Source: Squalus acanthias (Eukaryota). Taken from it: 64,000 nt of DNA. Position numbers and translations under genes: made by a program. The stretch spans positions 63,366,001 to 63,430,000 of the forward strand of contig CM059432.1 in the NCBI GenBank assembly GCA_030390025.1. The letters are read 5' to 3'. Shown here in pieces: positions 1-12,150 of this stretch; position 1 is the first letter of the stretch; every line of letters begins with the position of its first letter. The notes beneath the pieces were generated by a model. It searched no databases, had not been told where the DNA came from, and saw only the letters and a list, made by a program, of their open reading frames with translations.

Positions 1-727
1 TACGCACTGTGTACTCACCCGTAAGGCGTCCTGAAGTGCCGGTTTCCTGCATGCACTGCGCATGCGCGGGAAACCGGAACTTCTGGTCTGGTGAAGGGAG
101 CGGTTCATAGGTGAACCGCGTGCGCGGTAGAGGCTGAGCGCACGCAGCAAACTTAGGTTTTTTTTCAGGTTTCTACGGGAGGGTAAGTATTGAAGAACCT
201 GTGCTTTTAAAAAGGAGGCGCAGGACCCGTTTTCAACAAGGTAAGTGGTTAATTAATTATAATTTAAAAAAAATTTCAACAGCTTTATCTTTTTTAGATA
301 CTTTAAAGAAAGGTAAGTTTATTTTTAGCACTGTTAAAAAGTATTTTAATTTTTTCAAAAATTTAAATTTTTGTTTAAAGTAGTTAATTTATTTAACTTA
401 TAGTTATTTTATAAATGTGATGGTTTTTTTAAAATTTATTTTAAGTTTAACTGTTCTTTTGGGGCCGATTTCAATTCATAGATTTGACAGGTCTTCCTGT
501 CAAATCTATGAATGAAAGATGGTCTGCTGCCATTGGCTCTCCATGGCCCACGTGATCCCAGGGGACACATCGCACTAACTACGCCCCTGGGACACGCAAG
601 CACTGCACTTGGAGCAGGCCCAGGAGCTGAAGTTCCCGTGGGCCCAGAGGTCAACGGCAGGCGCGGTAGGTAAGTGCGCGCGCGATCCTTACCCCCGTGG
701 CAAGCTGGAGAGGCGAATTTCAGGGCC
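1..727 (-). mobile_element. Harbinger-type MITE, family A (cut by window start)
   Basis: Reverse-complement homolog of 39748-40489; ends in TIR gaatttcagggcc; GC-rich ends around an AT-rich core. Confidence 0.8.
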
Positions 728-759
728 ATTGAGTGTCTCCGCTTCCACCACTTCCATCC

Positions 760-2540
760 GCAGCGAATTCCAGGTCATCACCACTCGCTGCGTCAAAAAG
801 ATTTTCCTCACATCCCCCCTGTATCTCTTGCCCAAAATCTGTGTCTCCTAGTCCTTGAACCATCAACTAGTGGGAACAGCCTTTCCCCGTCTAGCCTATC
901 CAAACCCGTCATAATCTTGTACACCTCTATCAAATCACCCCGCAACCTCCTTTGCTCTACTGAAAACAAATCCAGCATCTCTAACCTGTCCTTGTAGCTA
1001 AGATCCCCCATCCCCAGAACCATTCTGGTAAATCTCCTCTGCACCCTCTCAAGGGCCTTCACATTTCCTAAAGTGTGGTGATCAAAACTGGATGCAATAC
1101 TCCAGTTGTGGCCTAACCAGCGCTTTATAAAGGTTCAGCATAACTTCTCTACTTTTGTACTCAATACCTCTATTTATGAAGCCCAAGATCCCATGGTGGA
1201 AAAATTCGGTTACTTTGCGCCTCCCGTTAGTGCCGTAAGAGGGCTCTAATGGGGCGCAAAGCAACTAGCGCCCGGGCGCAGTGCCGCCAATGCTTTCGCG
1301 AAATTCAGCGGGAGGTTAGCGGCGGCGCTAACCGTTAGCACCCCCCGGTGCTGCTCCGCCAGCGATTACGTCATCGCCATGCGCAGCGCCCCACTCGCGC
1401 CCCGGCCGCGATCTTCGGTAGCGCCCCCTGATTTATCGCCGGACGCTATGTCTGGCGGGGTATGGGGGGCCTACCTGCAGCCGGGGCGGCGCTATTTAAA
1501 GGCAAGATGCCGGGCGGCCATTTTTGTTGCTGGCCGCCTGCAGCACCTGCCTCCGCTCCCATCCCCGGCCTCCTTACCCGTCCCCCTGCGGAGTGCCGGC
1601 TGCGCTCCATGAGCCCGGCACTTCTCTTGAGTGCTGGGCTCTTTTGCCAGCACTTCAATCCCCGGGGGCCCAGCTGGGCCCCGGGTCACGCTGCACAAGG
1701 CCCCTCCCGTTTAAGAAGGGGAGGAAGGCCTGCAATACCGCGGCACGACGTGCCGCAGCGCATGGCGCTGCACTACGTAGCACCGCTATATACCCTTGCA
1801 GTGCCCCAAGAGGGAGGTGGGGCACTTCCAGTAGTGCCCCGCTTCCCTCTTGGGACGCTACCACTCAATTTCAGTTGCGGGGGCGCTAATTTTTCCGGGG
1901 CGCTATATGTAGTGCTCCGGCAAATTTAGCGCCTCAAAGGGGGAGCGACTCAATTTTTCGCCCCATATGCTTTGTTAACCACTCTCTCAATATGTCCTGC
2001 CACCTTCAGGGACCTATGCACATTAACTCCCAGGTCCCTCTGTCCCTGCACACTCTTTAATACTGTGCCATTAAATGCATATTGCCTCTCCCTGTTCCTT
2101 CTGCCAAAATGCATCACCTCACACTTCTCTGTATTAAATTCCATCTGCCACTTGTCTGCCATTCTGCTAGCCTTTCTATGTCCTGTTGCAGTTGATTGGT
2201 ATCATCCTCACTGTTTGCCACACCCCCAAGTTTGGTGTCATCGGCAAATTTAGAAATTCTACTCTGTATTTCAATATCCAGGTCATTTATATCTACCAAA
2301 AAAAGCAGTGGCCCCAGCACTGACCCTCGAGGAACACCACTGTCTACCATCCTCCAGTCTGAAAACAGCCATTTACCACAACTCGTTGTTTTCTGTCCTT
2401 AAGCCAATTCCTTATCCAAGCTGCCACTGACCCACCTATTCCATGAGCCTTAATTTTGTTAACCAGCCTTCTATGTGGTACTTTGTCAAACGCCTTCCTA
2501 AAATCCATGTAGACAACATCCATTGCATTCCCTTCATCAA
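760..2540 (-). mobile_element. CR1-clade LINE 3' part (RT C-terminus), split by a MITE
   Basis: Fragments GVPRGSVLGPLLF..INDL..KFADDTKL, WQMEFNTEKCEVMHFG, LYKALVRPQLEYC, RRLRGDLIEVYKI. Confidence 0.9.
1195..1963. mobile_element. GC-rich Harbinger-type MITE, family B
   Basis: TIRs GGTGGAAAAATT / AATTTTTCGCCC with 3-bp TSD CAT (1192-1194, 1964-1966). Removing it restores CR1 sequence gatcccatatgcttt. Confidence 0.85.
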
Positions 2541-3081
2541 GTAAGTTAAGTTTGGGAGTGGAGGTGTTGTGAGGGTCTTACAGCTGGGAAAGGGAGGTAG
2601 CTGGGACAACAGAGGCCCGGAGGCACTCCTATCCCTTAAGGCCCTAGTAAGCAAAGTTTTTTGAACTTATTTTAGAGGGCCTCGCTGGCTTCCCAACAGC
2701 TTTACCTGGCGGGCAGCTGCGGTGGGTGCCCACTCAGGAGTTGAGTAAAATGTCATCAGAGTCCCGTTTACATCATAGGACCCAGATTTACATTGCTTAA
2801 TAAGGCTCCCACCAGAATGCCTAATCCACTACCAAAATAATGGCATTAAAAAGAGGAATCGTCAGGAACAGATCAGGAAATGCAGCCGCTCCATCTTAAC
2901 TGCTCTCCTGCTCTTTCCCTGATGATTATGGAGATTTAAAATTCTTCCTGTGGAGAGGTGCAAGGGCTTAGGAAAGTAATTCCAGAATGTGAGGCCGAGG
3001 TGGCTGGAAGAGTGGCCACCAGTGGGGGGGTGGGGTGAAAGGAGGGGGGAAAGCACAGGAGGTTAGAGTTGAAGTAACAGA

Positions 3082-5358
3082 GGCCTAGAAATTCATGGCC
3101 ACCACAAAAGCTGCTGGTGCCATCATTGCTGTGGGTTAACGGCCGGCGAAATGGTGGCGCTGACGGGACTGAAAAATTGGTGTTGGGGACTAATAGTTAT
3201 GAGGTCAGCGCTAAACTCACCATGCAATGCTCTCCTGGTGGCGTTCATCACGGAATCAGACCCCAATGTGGCATGTCCAAGTGGCGTTGCAGCTTCAACA
3301 ACCTCTGAAAGTGAGGTTGTGATTTCATAAAGCATTGTGGGATCTTAAAAGGGCAATGCATTGTTGTTTTCTTAAAAGAGCAATGCCTTCTGAAATTATA
3401 AAAATAAAAATGATGTAATAATATGCAGTTTTCAGCCCTTACAACTCAACTGCCTTCTGAGAAAAAAATTAACATTAAAAAGAGTTCCCAAATGGGAGTC
3501 TTCAGCTTTTAAAGCTGAATTGCCTTCCACATCTAAAAATAATGGGAAAAGTGCTTCAGCATTAACACAAATGGCTCAACAAGCCAAGGAAGGAGCACTC
3601 AGGGTTTCACACACAGCACTCCAGCTTTGTGCAGGGGGTCAACACTGCAAAAGAGGCCCTCTACCCACAGGGGCCAGGAGGCCTTCCAGAAAGAAGGATG
3701 TGGGACCACATCACCGAGGCTGTTACTGCCAGCAGTGTCGCCCCCACCACCTGGCTCCAGTGCCCAAAGAAGCTTCATGACCTCAGACCAGTCAATGGTC
3801 AAGGTCAGTGAATGCATCTTCAAAAGCCGACTCCTACCAACTGCATCACTAGCCTCACACACTTATCAATGCACGATTCCCCCCCTGACCACCTCCCACC
3901 ATCAATCACCAACCAACAATCTGTACCAATCACGAGGCACACCTCTCATTCCTAGCTTCACCTCACCCCCTTGGAGGAGACGGTGCTGGCCATTCTTGGC
4001 AGGGGCACTATCCTCCTTCTCGCATGCACCTCTGGCTTTCCCACCCTCCCTCACCACAACTCCACCCTTGTGCCTTCCTCATTTCACACACCCAAGAACT
4101 GTAGCCTGCCCAGCCAGTGGTTGACCAAGAAAAGGGAGAGGAGTGCGAAGAAGATAAGAAAGAAGAAAAAGAAAAAGAAACACCATCACTCGATTTGACA
4201 CTCCCAGTCACCAGCTCCTTGAGACCCAACAGCAAGGCCATTTGCAGTGTCCCCCATTGAAAGTCAGCAGCCTTCCACCAGCCATGCTGCAGCCCTTGGG
4301 GTAGCACTGTGTGACATCAGTAGGATAGACAAAGGCACACACAAGACAGTCACTAAGGGAATGCATAAGGGTGAGTAGTTGATTTCTTGATGTCATATTG
4401 GATAGATAGATGTATAAGGTTGGATTGGAACGTTTGCTTTGTGGTGGCTTTTATTTCAGCATTGTGGCCAAGAGGACGCTGTGATGGTCAGCAACAGAGG
4501 GAAGGTAAGGTGTGGGACAAATGTGGAAAGGGGAATTGGGGTTGTGGTCATTGGTACAACAGGCGGATGATTATGTCCCGGATATCCCAGCCAGAAAGGG
4601 GCTGTCTGGGTTGCATCCTTCCTTCTGCTTCCTCCTCTTCTGCTTCCTCCTCTTCTGCTTCTTATCTTCTGCTTCCTCCTCTTCGGCTTCTTCCTTTTCT
4701 GCTTCCTCCTCTTCGGCTTCTTTTTCTTCTACAGCTTCCTCTTCCCTCTGCGAGTGGATGCTGTAAATCTGAAATAAAAGCATAAAATGCTGGAAATACT
4801 CAGCAGATCAGGCAGCATCTTGACCTGAGACGTGAACTCTGTTTCTCTCTCCACCGATGTTGCCTGACCTGCTGAGTATTTGCAGCATTTTCTGTCTTCT
4901 CAGAGGCCTTCCTTTACCATCTGAGGCCTTGCAAGCATTCAGCAGCACTCCCTGTACACTTAAAAAACTTTTAACATGTATTGTACCAAGCCACTACTTC
5001 AATAAAATAAAAAAATTCAATTCAAAAGCTTAAATGTGAACTTACCTGAAAGATGTGTGTGTCCCTTTAAGAGGTGACAGCACCTCTGTCAGTCTGCTGA
5101 ATGCTGGGTTTTCATGGCAAGCTTAGGAGTCAGCGCTGAACTCAATGCTAAGGTCCAAGTTCGCTGAGCTGACGTTAAGTCGGTATTGCACGTCGACTGA
5201 CGTCACCCTCTCTTAATTTACATTGACAGTGCTAAGGCCCTCACCAAAATAGTGGCCACTGAGTCCCGCACCACAGAAGGGTGTTAGAGTGGCAGCTGCC
5301 ATTTTTAGACCAGATCGTGGTGGTGACTCGTGGCGGTAAGTGGGCCAATTTCTAGGCC
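3082..5358. mobile_element. Internally deleted PIF/Harbinger element (Myb/SANT ORF relic plus transposase acidic tail)
   Basis: Perfect 12-bp TIR GGCCTAGAAATT, TSD AGA, inserted in an L2 3' end. Plus-strand Myb-like relic about 3570-3810 (WDHITEAV...WLQCPKKLHDL); minus-strand Glu-rich transposase C-terminus about 4550-4750. Confidence 0.85.
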
Positions 5359-6770
5359 AGAGATTTTGGGGTAGGGGGTGATTGTCGGGCTGGAGGAGGT
5401 TACAGAAATGAGGAGGGGAAGGCCATGAAAAGATTTAAACTTGGATGAGAATTTCAAATTAGAGATGTATGGGGATTGGAAGCCAATGTAGATCTATCAA
5501 GGATAGGGGTGATGTGTGAGTGGGATTTTGTGTTGAATAGGATATGGACAGCTGACTTTTGGATGAGCAGAAGTTTACAGAGCATGGATGATGGGATGCC
5601 AGCCAGGAAAGCATCAGAACAGTTAAGTCAGGAGGTCGCAAAGACATACATAAGGGTTTCAGCAGCAGATGGGCTGAGGCAGGAGTGGAGGATGATGATG
5701 TTATGGAGGTGGAAGTAGGTGTGTTTGTGATTGGGAGAATATGGGATTGGAAGTGCAGCTCAGGGTCAAATAGGATGAAATTGGTGGCAACAGCACAGAG
5801 TTTGTGACTGAGGCCAAAGATGATCACTTCCCAATATTTAACTGGAGGAACTGCAGCTCATTGAAGACTGTATGGACCCTGTGGGCTCTGCCAACGGATC
5901 GGCTATCACCGCCCCTCTCCGCATCTCCCTCCAGAATGTCTGTTCACTTGTGAACAAGGCCTTTGCCATCCATGAGCTTATTGTGGATGATTGCATTAAA
6001 TCCTTCCATGGCCTCGCCCGTCCCTATCTCTGTAACTTTCTCTAGCCGTACAACCCTTCGAGATCTCTGCGCTCCTCCAATTCTGGCCTCTTACGCATCC
6101 CCGATTTTAATTGCTCCACCATTGGCGGCCGTGTCTTCAGCTGCCTGGGCCCTAAGCTCTGGATTAACCTCCCTAAAGCTCTTCTCTCTACCTCTCGTCC
6201 ATTAAGACGCTCCTTAACACCCACCTCTTTGACCAAGTTTTTGGTCACTTGTCCTAATATCTCCTATGTGCTTGGTGTCAAATTTTGTTTGATAACATTC
6301 CCGTGAAGCGCCATGGGATGTTTTATTACATTAAAGGCACTATATAGATGCAAGTTGTTGTTGTATGTCAGACGAGCAGTCTGACACTACTGAGCCAGTG
6401 GAGGGGTCAAAGGGGTGGTGGAGAGGTAGAACTGGGTGTTGTCAGCATAAATGAGGAAGCTAACCCCATGTCTGTGGATGTTGTCACCAAGTGACAGCAT
6501 GTAGATGAGGAGAGAGCCAGGGATAGATTGTTGGAGGCTCCAAAGGCAATGGTGCAGGATGGGAAGAGAAGTCATTACTGGAGATCCTCTGGCTATGATC
6601 GGTTAGGCAAGAGTGGAACCAAGCAAGAGTGATCCTACTGAGCTGGACAATGGAGTAGAGGCGTTGGAGTAGGTTGGTATGGTTGACAGTGTCAAAGGCT
6701 GCAGGGAGGTTGAGGAAGATGAGGAGGGATAATATAGCATGGCCAGAGTCATGGAGGATATCATTTGTGC
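5359..6770 (-). mobile_element. Degenerate L2 LINE fragments with a nested opposite-strand L2 derivative (about 5874-6361)
   Basis: YADNTQFYLS and DLHWLP motifs on the minus strand; a plus-strand L2 3' tail ending ttaaaggcactatatagatgcaagttgttgttg. Confidence 0.8.
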
Positions 6771-9169
6771 AGCTTACTGTTAAACCTGGGATAAGATTTT
6801 TTTAATATTCACTCCCACACCCATTATTTGTTATATAGTTGTTGTATTTATAAACATAGTTAGCTTCCACCTGTTTTTGATGTGTGGAAGGCAATTCTTT
6901 AGTGGTAAGTGCCACAGATGACACTGATGCCCAGGATGTTCCATTCCTTTCAGTGGTGATGTCTTCACTGAAACAATAAACTAGTAATAGAATCAGTGGT
7001 ATATACTATCAATGTAATCGGCAATGGATTTGTGGGAAACAAACTTGTCCACGTCTATTCAATCTAATTGTCATTCAATGGCACATTGCCATTGTAACTA
7101 TTTAAAGCATTTTTATCTGAAATTGCCCACCTTTTAAATGTTCCATATACCTGAACTTAAATTTAAAATATTTAAACTATGCTAAAGAAACAAAAAACGC
7201 ACAATTAAGTTCATAACAAAGAAATTTACTGAATTTACTAGGCAAAGGTATTTAGTGGCCATAGATTCTAAGCCGCCTTTAGACTACATAACAAAGATAT
7301 ACTCTTTCAATAAAGTGAAGACATCAACGCTCAGCTGCATGTAAAAACAAGTTAACTGGTGCCAGTTACATTGAAGTACCTTGTTGTGCCATTTCCTGCA
7401 ATTGAGAGGTAGCTGGGAATAGATTAAAGTGTTTGATTTTGCACTGTTGCTGTGATTTAACAACCCCTCTGGTGAAATTTATGCTATTTTGTTGTGCACA
7501 GGTGACTGTCAAATTCGAAGTCCGAATACGTTAGAAACGACTCAAAAAGGGCCAAGATATAGACCTTCAAAGCAAGTTTCGCGCGAGACTCTGGATCAAT
7601 ATATTAACTACATGCTACTTTTCGAACTGATTTGGGAACTTCACAAGCTGAAAATAAGCAGCCTTTTCCGTTATCAGAGTGTCTGATTCTCATCAAATCC
7701 GTCCATAATTTACCCTACTTTGAGTCTTGAAATGATAATCACATTTTCAGAAAAAGAAAGTCCCATTGTTTGAGCATCTGACTTTGGTCTAAAGCAAACA
7801 AGCATTGCTGGTCATAGTTTAAATGATCGGAATTTGATATTTAGATTGCCTATTTAGCAACACACTTTGGAAAGATTCCCTACGATGCAACTCATTAAAG
7901 GCTGGGAGGTATTATATTAATATATGTTTATTTTACTGGAACATTTCTCAGATATGACAAGTTTGTGCTGAGCTGGCAGCCACGAGGGACTGAAATTAAA
8001 CGAAACATTCTCAGACAGTCGAGTGAATGGCAGGTGTTAATTCAGTGTCAGACAAAATATCCATCTTGACCACAACTTAATATAAACTCTGAAGTAATCA
8101 AATATTTGTACAGGATGTGTATTTAAATGCACCCTTAACGTGATCAGGTGCGGAATTAACAAAACAAACGATTTAATGTAATCATTGAATTGTTAAAGAT
8201 TACATTAAATCGTTAAACTAGTATGTCCTGTATCCACACATCGTTTTTAACGCGATTATCTCTGAAGTAGCCGTTCACAAATTCTCGCTCTGTGTAAAAG
8301 CTTAGTCATTGTCTCTCTAGATTTGTCGACTGGGCATTTTCCGTTTTCCGAACGATCTCGTCCACATCCTACTGCATCTGTCTGTGAGTCACAAAGTTAC
8401 ACTTATTCATACCTACGTTTAATCAGCGGACGGTATTCGGCAAAATTAATCTACGATACTTACTAACGTTACGTTTTTATAAACTACTGGAAGTAATTTA
8501 AGAAACAGATGTTACAAAAATTCGCGTACTGCGAAGGAACAAACCTAAGAAAAAAATATTTATGAATGAACAATTCCTACAATCTAGTTGGAAAGTAGCT
8601 CTAGTTAACATGTAGGAGTAATGGGAAAGCTCACACCTATCGTTCACTATTTCGGGTTGTGACCTTTGGCTGACATACCTGCGCTACAGATGCACCACGC
8701 AGAGTGTAATTTACCAAAGTATATGAGGGCAAGAGAAAAGTGTGCATATACTGCAATTACAATGCAACGAGAAAAAAAAATGGAATTCACAGATCGAAAG
8801 GTCAGACTAATGGCTATCAATGATACGGAGGCCGTACATATCTTACAATTGACACGTTGTGCATCTCGTTTTAATGGGCTAGTATTTAACGGCCGTATTA
8901 AACGTTTCTGAAAGGCTGCAATTCAATTTACTCTTCAGTTTGAGAGACACCTCAACAGGAAAATGATTATTTCCTGAACCGTGTCGTGTTCATTGGTTAA
9001 TAGATCCAAATACCTTACATCTTTGATCTGAAACAGATGGTAATTAACAGCCAGGATTTCACAGAAACAAAACCCATCCTGAACGGACATTTGTATATTG
9101 AGGTCTGTATGACGCCGAACATCCCATTGACTGGCATTTAGTAGACGGATATGACAGTATGACATATTT

Positions 9170-9644
9170 AAAAAAGGTTTATTATAAAACGTCAAAAACA
9201 TGTTTATTTGTTTTAAATCATGGAAAATACATAGCTAAACGTATCAGAGTGCAGGCTGTAACAAAGAAACTTTTGCCTTTACTTGCACACGTTTAAGTGT
9301 CTTGGTGCATTACTGCATTTAGTTCACTTTCATGCAACCAAATACAAAAATAGATATTTACATTATATATGGACATGATGTGCAGCCGCATTGACAGAAG
9401 GCACAAAGGGGGTATTATACTGAGTGTCCCAAACAATATTGCATTCCATGGTGCTGTTCGTAGTTAGAATATTCTTAATCATCATAACTCTTGTTTTCAA
9501 GACTTTTATCCTAAATGTAAATTATAAAAGTTGCTTCAACAATTTCAAAATAATAAAATCTTGATGGAACAGAGCAGTTGGGATGCTTGGATCGTGAACT
9601 TGAAAACAGAATTATAATTAGTCCTTAGTATAATTCCATGTTTC
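9170..9644 (-). other. snai2 3' UTR (minimum extent) with candidate polyadenylation signals
   Basis: AT-rich sequence after the stop codon; AATAAA on the minus strand at 9203-9208 and 9178-9183. The true 3' end may be further out. Confidence 0.55.
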
Positions 9645-9826
9645 TCAGTGTGCTATGCAGCATCCTGATTCTTCGTGTTTGTGGAGCAGAGACATTCTAG
9701 AGAAAGTTTTGGCACAGTTTTTGCACTGATATTTTTTCACATCCGAATGAGTTTGTAGATGTGCTCTCAGGTTCGAGCGATCAGCGAATGCTCTGCTGCA
9801 ATGAGGGCAAGAGAATGGCTTCTCAC
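9645..9826 (-). CDS. snai2: Slug coding exon 3 (zinc fingers 4-5 and stop)
   Basis: Acceptor ttcag| then [63 protein letters not shown]. The three exons total 852 nt (283 aa plus stop). Confidence 0.97.
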
Positions 9827-10672
9827 CTGAAATAGAAGAAAATCGTAAACAAAGTTAATGTATTAAATTCTAAAGTGGGTTTCTGTTTTTTGTTAAACAA
9901 ATCTAGTATTGCAATTTCTTCGACATTTGTTAATGAACAATAATGAGTTTTAAGTTTAGGTAAATTATTGAATCTGTGGAATTAGTATATGTATAAAAAT
10001 ACTTTAACAGTACTGTTATAATGAAAATGTCGGTGACTCAGTTAAAAAAGGAAATCAGCTATCTGAACATTAGTGGAAGAGCAGAGGAGAGTCAAGTGGT
10101 GGGATGGAGCTGCTGCTGATGCCATTTGGCAACAGGTGCAATCAGGCCATGAGTCCTGCCAACATCTCAGTGCTCCTTGTATTTAAAAAAAAATCACATA
10201 TTCTTTGTACAGATAGCACTGGGAATACAACCTGTAGACCAATCTCAAGCTTAGCAGCCACAACATTTCTTCTACAATTTAAACAATGACTTCTGTTGTG
10301 TCTTGAGGGTGATTTAATAGAGGCGTGCTTACAAATCGGCCTGTGTTTATCCAAACTATCGCTAAATGCAATTTTAAAATAAATTCGCACAATATAATGC
10401 ATTTTTGAACAACTTCGTATCGGTTCATTTTCTGTCAACTTTTTTTTTTAAAGGGGAAAGCAACAATCGCAAACTCGATGAGACATGAGACTTTCCGCAG
10501 CTATACTTTGAGGGAGCATTCGATTTGATCTGGTAAAGTGCCAAGAATATCTACCAATGGAATTACATGCCAGAATGTGTTTAATATTTTGCTTATATGA
10601 TAGTTTAAAACAGGCAAACTAAGTCGCTCGCTTAATTGTAAACCATTTCGTTACACTTTGAGCCTTACTCAC

Positions 10673-11263
10673 CCGTGTGTGTTCTGATATGCCCTTGCAG
10701 TAGCCACGGTCTGGAGAATGCCTTCCCACAGATTTTACAGACACAGGGCAGTGTGTGGGTCCGGATGTGCATCTTTAATGCTCCCAAGCTGACATACTCC
10801 TTCTCACAGTATTTACAGCTGAAGGATTTTCGAGTCTGAGCGTCGCAATGTAGCTGTTTATGTTTGGCCAGTCCTGAGAAAGTCGAGTAAGCCTTGCTGC
10901 ACAAGTTACACTGAAACTTCTCGGCATCCACGGCGTGTTCATCCGTGACTTTGGGGTGAATTCTCTCCTCCTCGTCGCTGATGGAGGTCTCCGAGCCGTT
11001 TGGGTCCCTGTTGAGCCGATCGGAGTTGGACTGTCGAGGGCTGAGCCGTCCTGCTGGGCACAGGCTTCCGTTACTGAGGGGCGAGGAGTGAGCGGACGAG
11101 TAGTCAGAGGCAGGTGCAGGGTCGCTGGGGACAGGAGAGGGGATCAGCCCGGAGCAAACGCTGCTCCACACACTCACTGGATTGTAAGCTCCAGAACTCA
11201 GGATCTCCGGCTGAGGAATGACTGGCATTGGGTAACTCTCATACAGGTACGGAGAAATGATGA
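10673..11263 (-). CDS. snai2: Slug coding exon 2 (Ser/Pro-rich region, SLUG domain SDEEE, C2H2 fingers 1-3)
   Basis: Acceptor ttccag| then [22 protein letters not shown]...SDEEER...[23 protein letters not shown]...[17 protein letters not shown]; donor G|gtgagt. 591 nt, phase 1 to phase 1. Confidence 0.97.
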
Positions 11264-11551
11264 CTGGAAGCAAAATAAAACACGCGTTGATGCACAAAAA
11301 TCATCAAAATTCAATAGTTTAATTTACTAGAACATTGACGTTTCAAATGCAACGACTTAAATTGACTCCCAAACTTTTGCTGGCACTGATGAGTCCGCAC
11401 AGTATTTGGAGTCAAATAAACTTACTAAAAACTTGCAGCTTCGTTAACTGACAAGTCATTCAGCAAAAAAACAGTTGCACCAAAACTAAGAATGCATCTA
11501 TCGTGTATGCCGTGTTTCTTTTAGAATTACTGTAGTAAGACTATAGTTTAC

Positions 11552-11630
11552 CTGTTTGCGTGTCCAGTTCGCCGTAATTTGGTTTTCTGCTGGTGCTAAA
11601 ATGTTTCTTAACTAGGAAAGATCGCGGCAT
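11552..11630 (-). CDS. snai2: Snail family zinc finger 2 (Slug), coding exon 1 (SNAG domain)
   Basis: ATG at 11630 reads MPRSFLVKKHFSTSRKPNYGELDTQT, with the canonical SNAG motif. 79 nt, ending at a phase-1 GT donor (G|gtaaac). Confidence 0.97.
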
Positions 11631-12150
11631 CTTGGGGAGGGATGTGGGGTGGGGGGGAAAGTAGTATTTTCTGGAAAATAATCCTGAAATGGAAGACGGT
11701 AAAAGTCACCCACACTTTGGAGGATTTCACGATAAGCTGAGCGAGTTGTGGGTGACTGGGGTGGCGGTGGTCTTGCAGCCGGAGCACTGGTGCAGGAGGC
11801 GGTGCAGCGGCCGTGAGTGCGGCGCATTCCTGCAATGTGCTGTAAATACTCGCGAGTCAGGTGCAGGGGGAAGGCGCGCGCGCACAGATTTGCATCTGTC
11901 GTCTGGACTGACCAATGGCGTGCCGCTTTGTGACGGCCGCGGGGCGGGGCGCTGGGCGGAGACTGGTGGGGGCCGAGCTCGCGCCAAGCGACAGGTGCTG
12001 GGATGAAAGGAGCTGCAAAATCGCAGAGGGGCGTCGCGAGCAGGCGGTGTTGTTGGGACTTGTTGCCCTGTGTGGTGCGCACATTCCTCTCCCAAATAAT
12101 GGTCCCGACCCATGCACACGCCGTTTACCTGTTCTGGTTTCAAATGGGAC
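11631..12150 (-). promoter_or_regulatory. snai2 5' UTR and GC/CpG-rich proximal promoter
   Basis: CpG-rich stretch directly upstream of the ATG. TATA-like TATTTA (minus, 11843-11848), CCAAT 11912-11916, GC box 11941-11950, E-boxes CAGGTG at 11858-11863 and 11992-11997. TSS not determinable. Confidence 0.7.

Noticed and set aside
4387..4785. Glu-rich and Ser/Leu-rich ORFs
   Set aside because: Low-complexity acidic tail of the Harbinger transposase read in different frames.
10665..11297. 210-aa ORF as a standalone gene
   Set aside because: It is snai2 exon 2 extended into the flanking introns.
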